From the NCBI GenBank assembly GCA_016201735.1, contig JACQCH010000017.1, positions 7,910 through 71,909 of the forward strand: 64,000 nucleotides of DNA, read 5' to 3'. The stretch's first letter is position 1; the number at the start of each line of letters is the position of its first letter. The notes under the pieces were generated by a model, which made no database searches, was not told the DNA's origin, and worked only from the letters and a program-made list of their open reading frames with translations. Shown here piece after piece: positions 45,706-54,732 of the stretch. The stretch is from Candidatus Omnitrophota bacterium (lineage in GTDB: Bacteria > Omnitrophota > Gorgyraeia > 1-14-0-20-64-10). Made by a program: the position numbers and the translations under genes.

Positions 45706-46373
45706 TTGGGCTCCAATCCCTTGGCAAGCGTTTCACGCCACTCGTTGAAAAACCCCTGCAGCTCCTGGAAAGGAATCGGTTCCAAGAGCCACAGCATTTC
45801 GGGCATTTCCTCTTTGAAGGTTTTGATCCGCTCCAACGCTACCGCAAGCCAATAAGAATCAAAACCGGGATCCTTTCTTTTGGCATTCTCCATCAGCTCG
45901 TTTGGCTGAAAGCCCCCCTTCTTGACCAAAACATAGAGGTCGATGAAATCTCTCAAGGCCGCTCGGCCAAACAAAGCCAACAGTTTATTGGAAGCGATGT
46001 CCACCAGACTGTCCACTTTCAGGCGCGGATATTCCGGAAACTCCTTGACCGGCTCAAACCGAAAAGGGGCGTCCTGGGCCAGTTGGATCAACGTGGACTC
46101 GCCGGATCGCTCAACGAATAGTTCGACGAACGAATGGAGACCCCTCTGGCGCTCAACGGAAATCCCTTTGGCTCTAAGCACTCCCTCTAGTCGACGACTG
46201 AACGGCTCAACCAGCTCCTCCGTCACCGTGAAAAAGTCCAGATCCTGACTCTTCCGATGGTGAAGGTAAAACTGCGCCAAGGCGGTCCCACCCGTCAGAT
46301 AAAATTGTTCGCTTTCCTGGATGGATGGGAAATTTCGAAGGATAAAATCTTGAATCTTACTGATGACCTGCAA
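45702..46373 (-). CDS. nucleotidyltransferase AbiEii/AbiGii-family toxin (type IV TA / abortive infection, DUF1814)
   Basis: 223 aa; FYLTGGTALAQFYLHHRKSQDLDFF hallmark; lower GC than flanking chromosome. Confidence 0.75.
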   Translation of the reverse strand: MQVISKIQDFILRNFPSIQESEQFYLTGGTALAQFYLHHRKSQDLDFFTVTEELVEPFSRRLEGVLRAKGISVERQRGLHSFVELFVERSGESTLIQLAQDAPFRFEPVKEFPEYPRLKVDSLVDIASNKLLALFGRAALRDFIDLYVLVKKGGFQPNELMENAKRKDPGFDSYWLAVALERIKTFKEEMPEMLWLLEPIPFQELQGFFNEWRETLAKGLEPN

Positions 46374-46623
46374 GGAAATCTTCCCAAAACATCCGCACCT
46401 CCGTTGGAAGGAAGGGGTTCACTCTTCGAATCGACTCGCGCAGCCGATTCCACGGAAGCGTCTTGAGCAAATCCCGGACATCTCCCAGCCGGCCCCGAGT
46501 CAAGACCTGCTGGACGAGAAGATCCGCCTGGGGCGGATCGTCGAGATCGATCCGCGCTCCTTCCCGAAGGAACCAGAAGAGGCGTTTGTGCGGCTGATAA
46601 TCCCGTGGCATCTTAAAGTTCAC
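46357..46623 (-). CDS. putative cognate partner/antitoxin of AbiEii (short, unclassified)
   Basis: 88 aa, overlaps AbiEii start by 17 nt, co-directional; no recognisable wHTH so assignment weak; antisense ORF 46363..46713 is an alternative. Confidence 0.3.
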   Translation of the reverse strand: MNFKMPRDYQPHKRLFWFLREGARIDLDDPPQADLLVQQVLTRGRLGDVRDLLKTLPWNRLRESIRRVNPFLPTEVRMFWEDFLAGHQ

Positions 46624-46669
46624 ACTCCCATGTCGGAGTGTATCACATTCGAGGAAAGACAGGAAGGCG

Positions 46670-49600
46670 TTACGCGAAGATCAGGAGGGCCTCGCCGAAG
46701 TCCCCCCCCTTGAAGAGGCGATGGAGCACCACGATCGAGCCCGGCTCCAACAGCCCCTGCTTCTGTAAATATTGAAGCAGCCCCGCAGTTACTTTAGAAG
46801 CGGTCTGATCATTGACTTGAATCAGCACTTGATCCCGCCGAATTGAAACATTATCGCCCCCAATCACAATCGCCGCTTCCTCCAGAGTCTTCGCCCATCT
46901 AATCAACTTCTTGTCAATCGCATCGTGAAGCCCCGGGGTCACCTGGCCCAACCACCCTTGCTGCACATAGACCGGAACCTCCGTGCCAACGAATGCCTCT
47001 TCAAGCACTGCCGGCGGAACCATCCGGGCGAGGCCCTCCCGATATCCAGCATTTTCTGCCAGCTTCGAAAGGCCGTCGAATTTATCCGCGACATCCACCA
47101 CCCGTTGCGGATCGATCAGATATAGCAGGGTATCGGCAATGACCCGCCGGGCTATGAATTCGTTCAACATATCCCGGGCCTCCTCCGCCGTCGGCGGCGC
47201 CGCCAGCGCCGGCACCGGCGCTTCGGTCTTCTTCACCTCCTCCATCCCGGCGCGCAAGCCAAACTCCCTTGCCACGTCTGGAGCAAACCTTAGTACCTCC
47301 TCTTCAGAGAGCCGAGTAAGACTCCCATTTCTCATAATACGGGCATATTCGGGTAAGAAGCTATTCTGCGGATTGAGATATTTAACGTAGACATCGCCCC
47401 TTACCGTGAATGCGCTCACATTGTCCAGAGAAATGTGCCGCCCCAAATCCAAGAAGTGGACTTCCAAATACCCATCGTCCCCCGGTTTAGGTTTACCAAG
47501 TCGGAATTCCATGCCGGGGCGATTTTCAGGTGCGTCCATGTATGCAGTCTTGAGATGGGATTCCATCGCCGCACGCTTCATGATGCCCAACTCCTGCCTC
47601 ATCTGAGCATCAAGAGATTCCTCGGCAACTTCGGTTATGCCTTTCCTTGTAATACGCAAATAGACGGGAGTATAAGCTCGTTTGGGATCAAGACGTCGCA
47701 CATAAACGTCTCCGCCAAACGACGTAAAACCCGTCACTTTCGTCAACCTGTTTTCCTTCCCAATATCCTTTTGGTGCACATAAAGAAGCTCTGCGGATTC
47801 TACCAAACTAAATGCGATTCCAAGACGGGTGTCCGGATGAACTCTATTTATCTGACGATCCAATTCGTTATAAGACATGCGAGTGCCCAATGGGGCGATG
47901 ACATCCCCACGCAGAAGGCCTACCGTCGGCGTTACTTCTGCCACGTCATCACTATCAACGAGATACTCCCTACTCTCAACCCTAAGTAAAACCTTCCTGC
48001 CGTCGGAACTCAGGCCTCGAACCACATCCCCATTGACAAGAAATCCTTTCGGCACACGCTCTTTGAATCCGATATCTCCCCGGCTGTTTGGATGTATCCA
48101 CTCGATGACATTGACATATCGACCCTTAGGATCTACTACATCAACCATCTTTGTCCCACCATCTCTTAATCTATGTGCCCTCAATCCGTACAAAGGATGC
48201 CCCTTGAGCTCTTGCTTGAGGCCACTGAACAGGTCAAATGCGGAACAGAGCACGTCAGCAGCATCGCGGGCCTGTTCGTCTGTCACGACAGGTTTGAACC
48301 CATCAAACGAAATAGGCACTGGAGTGAGAACCTGAGGAGGAACCCTGGCTGGTTCCGGGGTATGTGGCTGTGGAGTAGGCGTTGTTAACGCATCGTAACC
48401 GATCTTTCCAACTACCCCAGCAGCAGTCCCTAATACTGCCCCCACTGTCCCCACCAGAAGGTCCCGCCTCGTTAAGCCTCTTCCCTTTTTTCCCTCCTCC
48501 AGCCCGGCGGCGGGAGAAGGTGGTTCTTGCTCCCATTTAATCTCCGCTTCCTTAAAATCCATTTTGGCGACAAGCTGCGCTAAAACTGCTTTAAGGACCT
48601 TTTGAATATCTGGGGCAGCTTCCCATCGAGCGAGCCCCCATTCCTCCTTTGAGAAATCGTTGAGGATTGGATTGAATTCCTCGCCCAGCTCGCGACGGTG
48701 GTCAGGTGTAATCTTAAATTGATCCCAATTCATACCGATAAAAAGCCCCAGATCAAATGCGGATATGCCTTTCTCTTGAAATTTCTTTAACAATTTTTTC
48801 TCTGGCTCCTCCAGCCCGGCGGAAGTCTTCTTCTCAAATGGACCCGAAAGGAGTTTGATTTCAAGCTCTAGCTCATCCGGAAACGCGGGGGGAAGTTCAT
48901 TGACTTGAAATTGATAATCGGACAACCCGTCAGCGAGCAGGCGTTCCCTTACGCCATCCAGAACTGTGGGAACATTGGACCACCCCTGAATCGCCACAGG
49001 AACTTTAACCGCATCTCCCCTCTCCAAATCCAAAGCCCTCTTCGGAAAACCGACCAGATTGATGGTTGCCGCTTTACTCACGCTCTTAAGAATTCCTTCA
49101 GCCTTCTGCCATGCCTGTTGTGGAGACAGCCCCCCCTCCAACTCGGCGGCGCCCGGTAGTCGATCGTTGTAGAGAATCATGGCCAGAGCAAGGGCATCTT
49201 GCCTCACGTCAACAATTCCACGGAGATCCAGTTCCAATCCTCTCCGTGTGAAAGCATACGACAGCGTTACTGAATCGCCCTTGATATCCTCCGTGGGTTT
49301 CTTGATGTCTAGATAGAGTAATGCGCCATCCGGACCTACGGATCCGTGGAGAGGTATTGTGTCTGACATCGTTATTAGATCCGCCATCTCTCCTATTCCC
49401 CTAAAAACGGCTTCAATCCTCTTTATGTTGCCCTTGACAACGGGGTCGTCAGCGCGCGTGGGATCTGAAGCTAGTTGAGCTCTAAGGACCTCAAGCCGGG
49501 ACGCAGCCTGAGTGATTGCCAAAGCCGTTCTTTCCAGCCCGTTGAGCTGGCGATTCATGAACTCGTAGGAGCGGTGATTGACTTGCGGGGAAAGTCTCTC

Positions 49601-52600
49601 CCTCTCTTTGCTAAGTGCAGTTTTATCCGATTCCTCCCGAATTGACCGGATCGTTTTCTCCAGCTCATTGAGCCGTCCGTTCAATCGCCCTGCAAGATTT
49701 GTGCGTAATCTTTCCATGTCGGCTAGAAGATTCCGCCCTTCTTGAAGTAAACGTCCAGCATCCTCATGGGTCATATTCTCTCCGGACAAATCCTGCCACA
49801 AGGCATTCGCCCTCGGAGACAACTTCTTGGCTTCGTCCGCCCCCGTTATGATCTCATTCGACGAATGGATCTGTGCCATGAGAATTTGAAGGAATTCCCG
49901 CAGGTCCGGATTAACAGGACGAGGCAGATCAGAAACTTGGCGAAGTTCCTCTATTTCGCGCCGAGGAAGGAAAACCCGTGCCCCAGATCGGCCCTCTTCT
50001 CGTATCAACAATCCTTTCTCAGGAATAGATTGGAATGCAACGTGCTTTCTCGAGATATGTTGAGGAGCTTCAACTCCCAGGAGTCCCGGTTTACTGCTCT
50101 CGCCTCTTCCAAAACCAAACTTCCCTTCAGAATCAAAAGGGATCATCCCTTCCCCTATTTTTCTCGGATCTGCGAACCAGAAGCCGCCCTTTCCATCCCA
50201 GGCGAGAATTCCCTGGATTAAACCGTTCGGTTCAATAGGGTTTTTATCTATACGATCTGTTACGACATAGACCGTGATTGCCCCAGGTTCTCTCAAGGCG
50301 TTCGGGGAAATAAGAATTCCTCCACCCGGAACTCCAAGAAGCTTCCTCTCTTCAACCCGATTTTTGTAATCGAACATGAGTGAGCTTCCCGTCACTCTAG
50401 ATTCCACTTTCTCGACCTTTCGATAGGTCTTCTGGACCAAACCGTCCAAGTCCAAGTCGGCAAGCTCCCTGGTCTCTTCCAGCCCAGCGAGATTGTTCTG
50501 GACAAACCAGACGTCCGATTCCACCTCCGCCGTGGTGATCTGCGTCCCATCCAGGAACCTCACCTCCGTCTCGCCTCCCTCCATCGGGACTGAATAGCTG
50601 ACAATCCGGACCGCGTCGTCGGGTCCCCTCACCCGATCCCCGCCGCGCAAATTCCTCAGATCTGGCCCCGTCAGCGCCTTCCACTGCTCTAACTCCTCCA
50701 TCCCGGCGGCGGTACGAGTACCCCAGGACCGCAACCCTTCCCGGACAGCGTAGAGGAACGTAAGGAATTCTGATGATTTCCGAGAAGGCAGGTTCTGTCT
50801 TTCTTTACCTATCTCCCGCAGGATTAATCCGTTGATCTTTAAGAGAACCGGATCGGTACTGAGATCTACGACTTGGCGATCGATATAATGTTTAAAAAGG
50901 AGGTCGCCTACTTCCCTCGCCAGATCCTCCCTTGCAGAATCCTGGACGAGACCTCCGAGAGAACGAGACGCTACCAACCGGTCTACAACATGATTCCGGA
51001 GTGCCTCTCGATCGGAGGTCCATTGCAATCCTCTCCGGAGTGACTCCATTTGGTTATCATCAAGAAAAACATCACCGCGAATGGGCTGCAGGCGGATTGC
51101 ATCTCCATCCTGCGTGATCTTCATTACCTTTGTCTTCTTAACTGTAAGAGTGCTTCCACTCTCCTTAAAAGGTTGGCGTTCCTCCTCTCCGGATTCATTT
51201 GTGGATACAAGATCAAAGCCGCTGCCGTTCCACTGAAGGGTAACCATCTGCATGCCCGGTATCTCGATCATCAGACCCCTCGTCAACTGGGCCGCAGCAA
51301 CTCCGGCAACTGGGATTCGCAGTCCACCCTTAGGAACCTGCGCCTGCTTAACAACAGTCCCATACTGCAACACGGTTTTCTTCGAAGCCGTCCGGAACCA
51401 TGCCGCGAATTCCTCTCCAGCGGCACCAAACAACTTCCGCTCAGGAGCAGTCCCTTCTGCTTGAATCCCAATTTCTTCAATCTGTGATTGAATCGCCTTA
51501 GGGGTACTGAGGATAAGAACGGGTTTCCCACTTTCTCCATCGGGCTCATGCCTAACCATGAATAATCTGGGTATCTTATAATCCCTACCACTATTCAGGC
51601 TCCTTTTCTTGCCCTTGGAATTTGAAAGCACAACCTTTCTATCTTTACCCTCGGCAAGTTTAAAGCGCGCCTCCTTCCCGGGCTGGCGCGCGGCAAGATT
51701 CAAGGGCCCTGACAGAACGACGGGCATCCTTACCTCTTCTCCCGACTTGAATCGAAATAGGATGCGCTCGCCAGGTTGCAGGCGGATGGGCCCCTCAACA
51801 ACGCCAAACGAACTTTGGTCGGTTATCTTTCCAGAAAGGATGAGCTCTAACAACTTATAGCGGCTCACCACGAACCGCACCTGCCCGTTCTCTCCCGGAA
51901 CCTTCATCTCCGCCAGTTGCCCAGGGTTAACACGGTGTAAAGCCGCAAGGTATAAATCGGCGGTCTTGTCTCGATAAACGGCCCCGTCAACCGGTTTCCT
52001 TTTTTTACGAAGTTTTTGGATATCCGCGATAACTTGCTCCGCCACCTTGCGCATATCACCGTTGCCCAGGCCGGACTTCGCAAGGCGGTCCAACGCCTTC
52101 TGCACATCTCCGCTCTCAGCTTTACCCAGCAAGGTCTTAACCACCGCCGCGCCAGCGAGTTCGGCAGCCAGTTCTTGAGTCATTATCCCTCCAGATCCGC
52201 CAATACGTGAATCGGCCCACTCTCTGGAGAAATTCTTTGCCGCTGCAAAAGGATGATGTCGATTCGACAAAGCAATAATCAAGGCGACTTTTTGCCATGA
52301 AAGCTGGCTCATGATCTGCGAATAAGCTCTTTCCACTCGTGCCTTTTCTTCTGGAGTCACTCGAGTGCCCGTCGTGAGTTTGAATTGAAGGACCTGGTAA
52401 GCTCCAATAACAGCCATCTCTCTTTTTAACCTCCCCCACGCTGCCTCGAGCTCCGCATCGGTTGGCTGCACGAATCTTCTGAGAACTTTCAAGGAGGGGG
52501 CCTTAAATGTTCCCCCTTCCATGCCGGCGGCGGGGGCGGAGTTCGGGGCGGCGCCGAGGGCTTTTTCGAGTGCTTCGAGACCGGCTTCCTGCTGTTTGAT

Positions 52601-52720
52601 TTCATTGGGACGCAGGGCGAGGGCGGAATTAGGCAAGGCAAGGCATAGACTTAGGAAAAGGGCCAAAATTCTGGGATAAAAAAATAGTTTCTGACTCATG
52701 AAATTTCCTTTGTACCTCAA
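46670..52720 (-). CDS. giant (2016 aa) orphan secreted protein with internal Tat-like/TM segment; no recognisable catalytic domain
   Basis: Sec signal MSQKLFFYPRILALFLSLCLALPNSALA|LRP; long mixed alpha/beta region; coiled coil ~aa 1100-1210; GRGLTRRDLLVGTVGAVLGTAAGVVGKIG then Pro-rich linker (~aa 1520-1570); C-terminal ~450 aa with internal duplications (GDVYVRRLDPKRAYTPVYLRITRKG / GDVYVKYLNPQNSFLPEYARIMRNG); DNA ~50% GC vs ~65% surroundings. Confidence 0.7.
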   Translation of the reverse strand: MRYKGNFMSQKLFFYPRILALFLSLCLALPNSALALRPNEIKQQEAGLEALEKALGAAPNSAPAAGMEGGTFKAPSLKVLRRFVQPTDAELEAAWGRLKREMAVIGAYQVLQFKLTTGTRVTPEEKARVERAYSQIMSQLSWQKVALIIALSNRHHPFAAAKNFSREWADSRIGGSGGIMTQELAAELAGAAVVKTLLGKAESGDVQKALDRLAKSGLGNGDMRKVAEQVIADIQKLRKKRKPVDGAVYRDKTADLYLAALHRVNPGQLAEMKVPGENGQVRFVVSRYKLLELILSGKITDQSSFGVVEGPIRLQPGERILFRFKSGEEVRMPVVLSGPLNLAARQPGKEARFKLAEGKDRKVVLSNSKGKKRSLNSGRDYKIPRLFMVRHEPDGESGKPVLILSTPKAIQSQIEEIGIQAEGTAPERKLFGAAGEEFAAWFRTASKKTVLQYGTVVKQAQVPKGGLRIPVAGVAAAQLTRGLMIEIPGMQMVTLQWNGSGFDLVSTNESGEEERQPFKESGSTLTVKKTKVMKITQDGDAIRLQPIRGDVFLDDNQMESLRRGLQWTSDREALRNHVVDRLVASRSLGGLVQDSAREDLAREVGDLLFKHYIDRQVVDLSTDPVLLKINGLILREIGKERQNLPSRKSSEFLTFLYAVREGLRSWGTRTAAGMEELEQWKALTGPDLRNLRGGDRVRGPDDAVRIVSYSVPMEGGETEVRFLDGTQITTAEVESDVWFVQNNLAGLEETRELADLDLDGLVQKTYRKVEKVESRVTGSSLMFDYKNRVEERKLLGVPGGGILISPNALREPGAITVYVVTDRIDKNPIEPNGLIQGILAWDGKGGFWFADPRKIGEGMIPFDSEGKFGFGRGESSKPGLLGVEAPQHISRKHVAFQSIPEKGLLIREEGRSGARVFLPRREIEELRQVSDLPRPVNPDLREFLQILMAQIHSSNEIITGADEAKKLSPRANALWQDLSGENMTHEDAGRLLQEGRNLLADMERLRTNLAGRLNGRLNELEKTIRSIREESDKTALSKERERLSPQVNHRSYEFMNRQLNGLERTALAITQAASRLEVLRAQLASDPTRADDPVVKGNIKRIEAVFRGIGEMADLITMSDTIPLHGSVGPDGALLYLDIKKPTEDIKGDSVTLSYAFTRRGLELDLRGIVDVRQDALALAMILYNDRLPGAAELEGGLSPQQAWQKAEGILKSVSKAATINLVGFPKRALDLERGDAVKVPVAIQGWSNVPTVLDGVRERLLADGLSDYQFQVNELPPAFPDELELEIKLLSGPFEKKTSAGLEEPEKKLLKKFQEKGISAFDLGLFIGMNWDQFKITPDHRRELGEEFNPILNDFSKEEWGLARWEAAPDIQKVLKAVLAQLVAKMDFKEAEIKWEQEPPSPAAGLEEGKKGRGLTRRDLLVGTVGAVLGTAAGVVGKIGYDALTTPTPQPHTPEPARVPPQVLTPVPISFDGFKPVVTDEQARDAADVLCSAFDLFSGLKQELKGHPLYGLRAHRLRDGGTKMVDVVDPKGRYVNVIEWIHPNSRGDIGFKERVPKGFLVNGDVVRGLSSDGRKVLLRVESREYLVDSDDVAEVTPTVGLLRGDVIAPLGTRMSYNELDRQINRVHPDTRLGIAFSLVESAELLYVHQKDIGKENRLTKVTGFTSFGGDVYVRRLDPKRAYTPVYLRITRKGITEVAEESLDAQMRQELGIMKRAAMESHLKTAYMDAPENRPGMEFRLGKPKPGDDGYLEVHFLDLGRHISLDNVSAFTVRGDVYVKYLNPQNSFLPEYARIMRNGSLTRLSEEEVLRFAPDVAREFGLRAGMEEVKKTEAPVPALAAPPTAEEARDMLNEFIARRVIADTLLYLIDPQRVVDVADKFDGLSKLAENAGYREGLARMVPPAVLEEAFVGTEVPVYVQQGWLGQVTPGLHDAIDKKLIRWAKTLEEAAIVIGGDNVSIRRDQVLIQVNDQTASKVTAGLLQYLQKQGLLEPGSIVVLHRLFKGGDFGEALLIFA

Positions 52721-52931
52721 GTATATCCTCCCGATGGGGCCGTGTCAATATCCTGAGAAAAGTCCTCTGTAACTCCTTTGTTCGCAGGGGGTTGTTTAAA
52801 CAAGATATGCGTTACCGCTAACTAAAAGCCAATTTCACGCCTAGTTCCGTAACTCCGCAGAAACGCTGTAACGTATTGATAGACAGAGGATAGAAATACG
52901 GTGAATGAGGCACCCGTTTTCTTGAGCGTCT

Positions 52932-53009
52932 CCGTTCGTCCTGAGCTTGTGGAAGGACGAACATTTGTACTCGGTTCCGTTCATGGTTCGACAAGCTCAC
53001 CATAAACGG
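52932..53009. repeat. nested-palindrome REP-like element upstream of giant gene
   Basis: CCGTTCGTCCTGAGCTTGTGGAAGGACGAAC ... CCGTTCATGGTTCGACAAGCTCACCATAAACGG; family shared with 1078..1110 and 35721..35790. Confidence 0.55.
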
Positions 53010-53045
53010 TTTGCGGAGCTAAGGAAGCAGGCGTGAGCCAATTTT

Positions 53046-54272
53046 TCATGGCAACAAAGAGAAAAAACGGTCGGCTCCCATCACATAAAGGTCCTTTGCT
53101 TTCTGCACGCAGAGTCCTTTTTGGTTGACGATCTGGAGTGCCAAGTCGGCTTGCGTCTTCTCTTGAAGAAAAGAGAGACTCTTCGACAGGGAGGTTTCCG
53201 CCTCCTTGGTCTCAACAAGAAGCAGGACTTTATTTCGGTTGGTTACTGCGAAGTCTACCTCCTGACCATCCTTCGTCCTCAAATAATGGAGCTTAAAAGG
53301 ACCTTTCCCTGTCTCATTCCAATGCGCCACGGCGCGCTGTAATTGAACCGCAACGAAATTCTCGAAACGGGCTCCCCGAGAGGTCGCCATCCCCCAATCC
53401 CAAAAATACACCTTCTCCTCTTTAAGAACAGACCGAGAAAGACGTGAAGTCCAGGGAGAGACCGAAAAGATGAGATAGACCATCTTCAACGCCTCCAGCC
53501 ATGACCGGATCGAACCGTGGGCGGATTCCAACGGCTGGCGCAGCGCATTGAGGCTTAGCGGGGAACCCACCCTTTCCGGAAGCAGATAGAGCAGGGTTTC
53601 GAGTTTTCTGACATGGACGATCTTTGTGAGGTCCCTTAGATCCTCCTGCAGGATAAGAGAGATGTAGTTGTCCCGCCACCGGTTGCAAAAAACCTGCGTT
53701 CCGACGGCGAACGGTTCCGGATAGCCCGTCAGGTTAAGCAGACTCTTCAATACTTCATGGACTTGAGAACCGGCGGTTGGAACCGACTTGATTTTCTCTT
53801 CCGGGTTCCATCCATCGGACTTTGGGATGTTGGGAAGAACCTCCCGGATCCCGAGCGGCAGCATCTTAAAAAGGAAGTAACGGCCCACAAGGCTGTCGCC
53901 CGATTTTCGAAAAAGATCTAGGCGAGCGCTGCCCGTAACGATAAACCGGATTTTCTCCCGCCACTCATCATAATACCCTTTGATGAGATTCTTCCATTCG
54001 GGATACTTGTGGATTTCGTCTAAAGCGACCCAGGGCCTGGGAAGCTCCGGCGGGATATCCTCGATGAAAAAATCCGGCTTCGCGGCAAATCGCCTCTTGA
54101 CCGTTGGGGTATCCCAGTTGTAGTAAAGATGGCGCTGCCCTTGCTCGCTCAAAAACCGCTGAACCGCTGTGGTCTTCCCGATCTGTCGAGGCCCAGAAAT
54201 GAACGACATCCGTCCCTGCAAGGCCGCTTCGGAAAGGGCGGTGTGAATCACCTGGCGGCTGAAATATCTCAC
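53046..54272 (-). CDS. AAA+ ATPase, AAA_14 + DUF4143 family (COG1373)
   Basis: 408 aa; Walker A ISGPRQIGKTT, Walker B ...VALDEIHKYPEW; low-GC DNA. Confidence 0.75.
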   Translation of the reverse strand: MRYFSRQVIHTALSEAALQGRMSFISGPRQIGKTTAVQRFLSEQGQRHLYYNWDTPTVKRRFAAKPDFFIEDIPPELPRPWVALDEIHKYPEWKNLIKGYYDEWREKIRFIVTGSARLDLFRKSGDSLVGRYFLFKMLPLGIREVLPNIPKSDGWNPEEKIKSVPTAGSQVHEVLKSLLNLTGYPEPFAVGTQVFCNRWRDNYISLILQEDLRDLTKIVHVRKLETLLYLLPERVGSPLSLNALRQPLESAHGSIRSWLEALKMVYLIFSVSPWTSRLSRSVLKEEKVYFWDWGMATSRGARFENFVAVQLQRAVAHWNETGKGPFKLHYLRTKDGQEVDFAVTNRNKVLLLVETKEAETSLSKSLSFLQEKTQADLALQIVNQKGLCVQKAKDLYVMGADRFFSLLP

Positions 54273-54330
54273 ATGTCTATTTTATACATCAATCGAAATT
54301 AGTCAAGTCTATTTTACATACCTATGAAAA
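54273..54330. repeat. AT-rich imperfect direct repeat (TCTATTTTATACATC / TCTATTTTACATACC) at right edge of low-GC island
   Basis: Seen directly immediately upstream of the AAA ATPase gene at the composition boundary. Confidence 0.3.
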
Positions 54331-54343
54331 ACAGCCATACCTC

Positions 54344-54715
54344 CTACTGATCTTCCAGTGCCCCTTCGAGGCGGCCGACCAGAAGGTCCACCCGGAGGCC
54401 GTGGGCCGAGCGCAGATGGATCTCGAAATCGGTACCGGAGGGCTCCACTCCCAACAATCCACCCAAAGGAGGCTTGGCATCGTACTCCTCCCAGATCGAT
54501 ATCCCCTTCACATGGGAAATGGTCAGCCGGCACGGGACCCAGTCCTGCCGGGTTTTCCGGAAAAGGCCGGCTCCTTTGAGCGAGTCGGCGGGCGGCCGGG
54601 CGGTTTCCAGAATAAAAACCGGGCCCGGCTCCCAACAGCAATTGGCCCGGTCAAAATCAGATTCCGCAAGAATTTCTCCGACCTTCTTTAATTGTTCAAG
54701 ATTTTGGAATTCCAT
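54344..54715 (-). CDS. hypothetical protein
   Basis: 123 aa, high GC, no recognisable motif. Confidence 0.3.
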   Translation of the reverse strand: MEFQNLEQLKKVGEILAESDFDRANCCWEPGPVFILETARPPADSLKGAGLFRKTRQDWVPCRLTISHVKGISIWEEYDAKPPLGGLLGVEPSGTDFEIHLRSAHGLRVDLLVGRLEGALEDQ

Positions 54716-54732
54716 GGAGCGCTCCTCTTCCT

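Noticed and set aside
46363-46713. Plus-strand 116-aa ORF antisense to the putative AbiEii partner
   Set aside because: It is opposite in direction to the island operon and has Pro/Arg/Ser-rich composition. The minus-strand 88-aa ORF is co-directional and overlaps the toxin start, as TA partners usually do. Neither assignment is certain.
48080-48200. Possible internal gene start at the Tat-like TRRDLLVG motif splitting the 2016-aa ORF into two proteins
   Set aside because: There is no stop codon between the halves. The nearest upstream Met (MDFKEAEI…) is not preceded by a Shine-Dalgarno sequence. This is kept as a single ORF, with the caveat noted in the findings.
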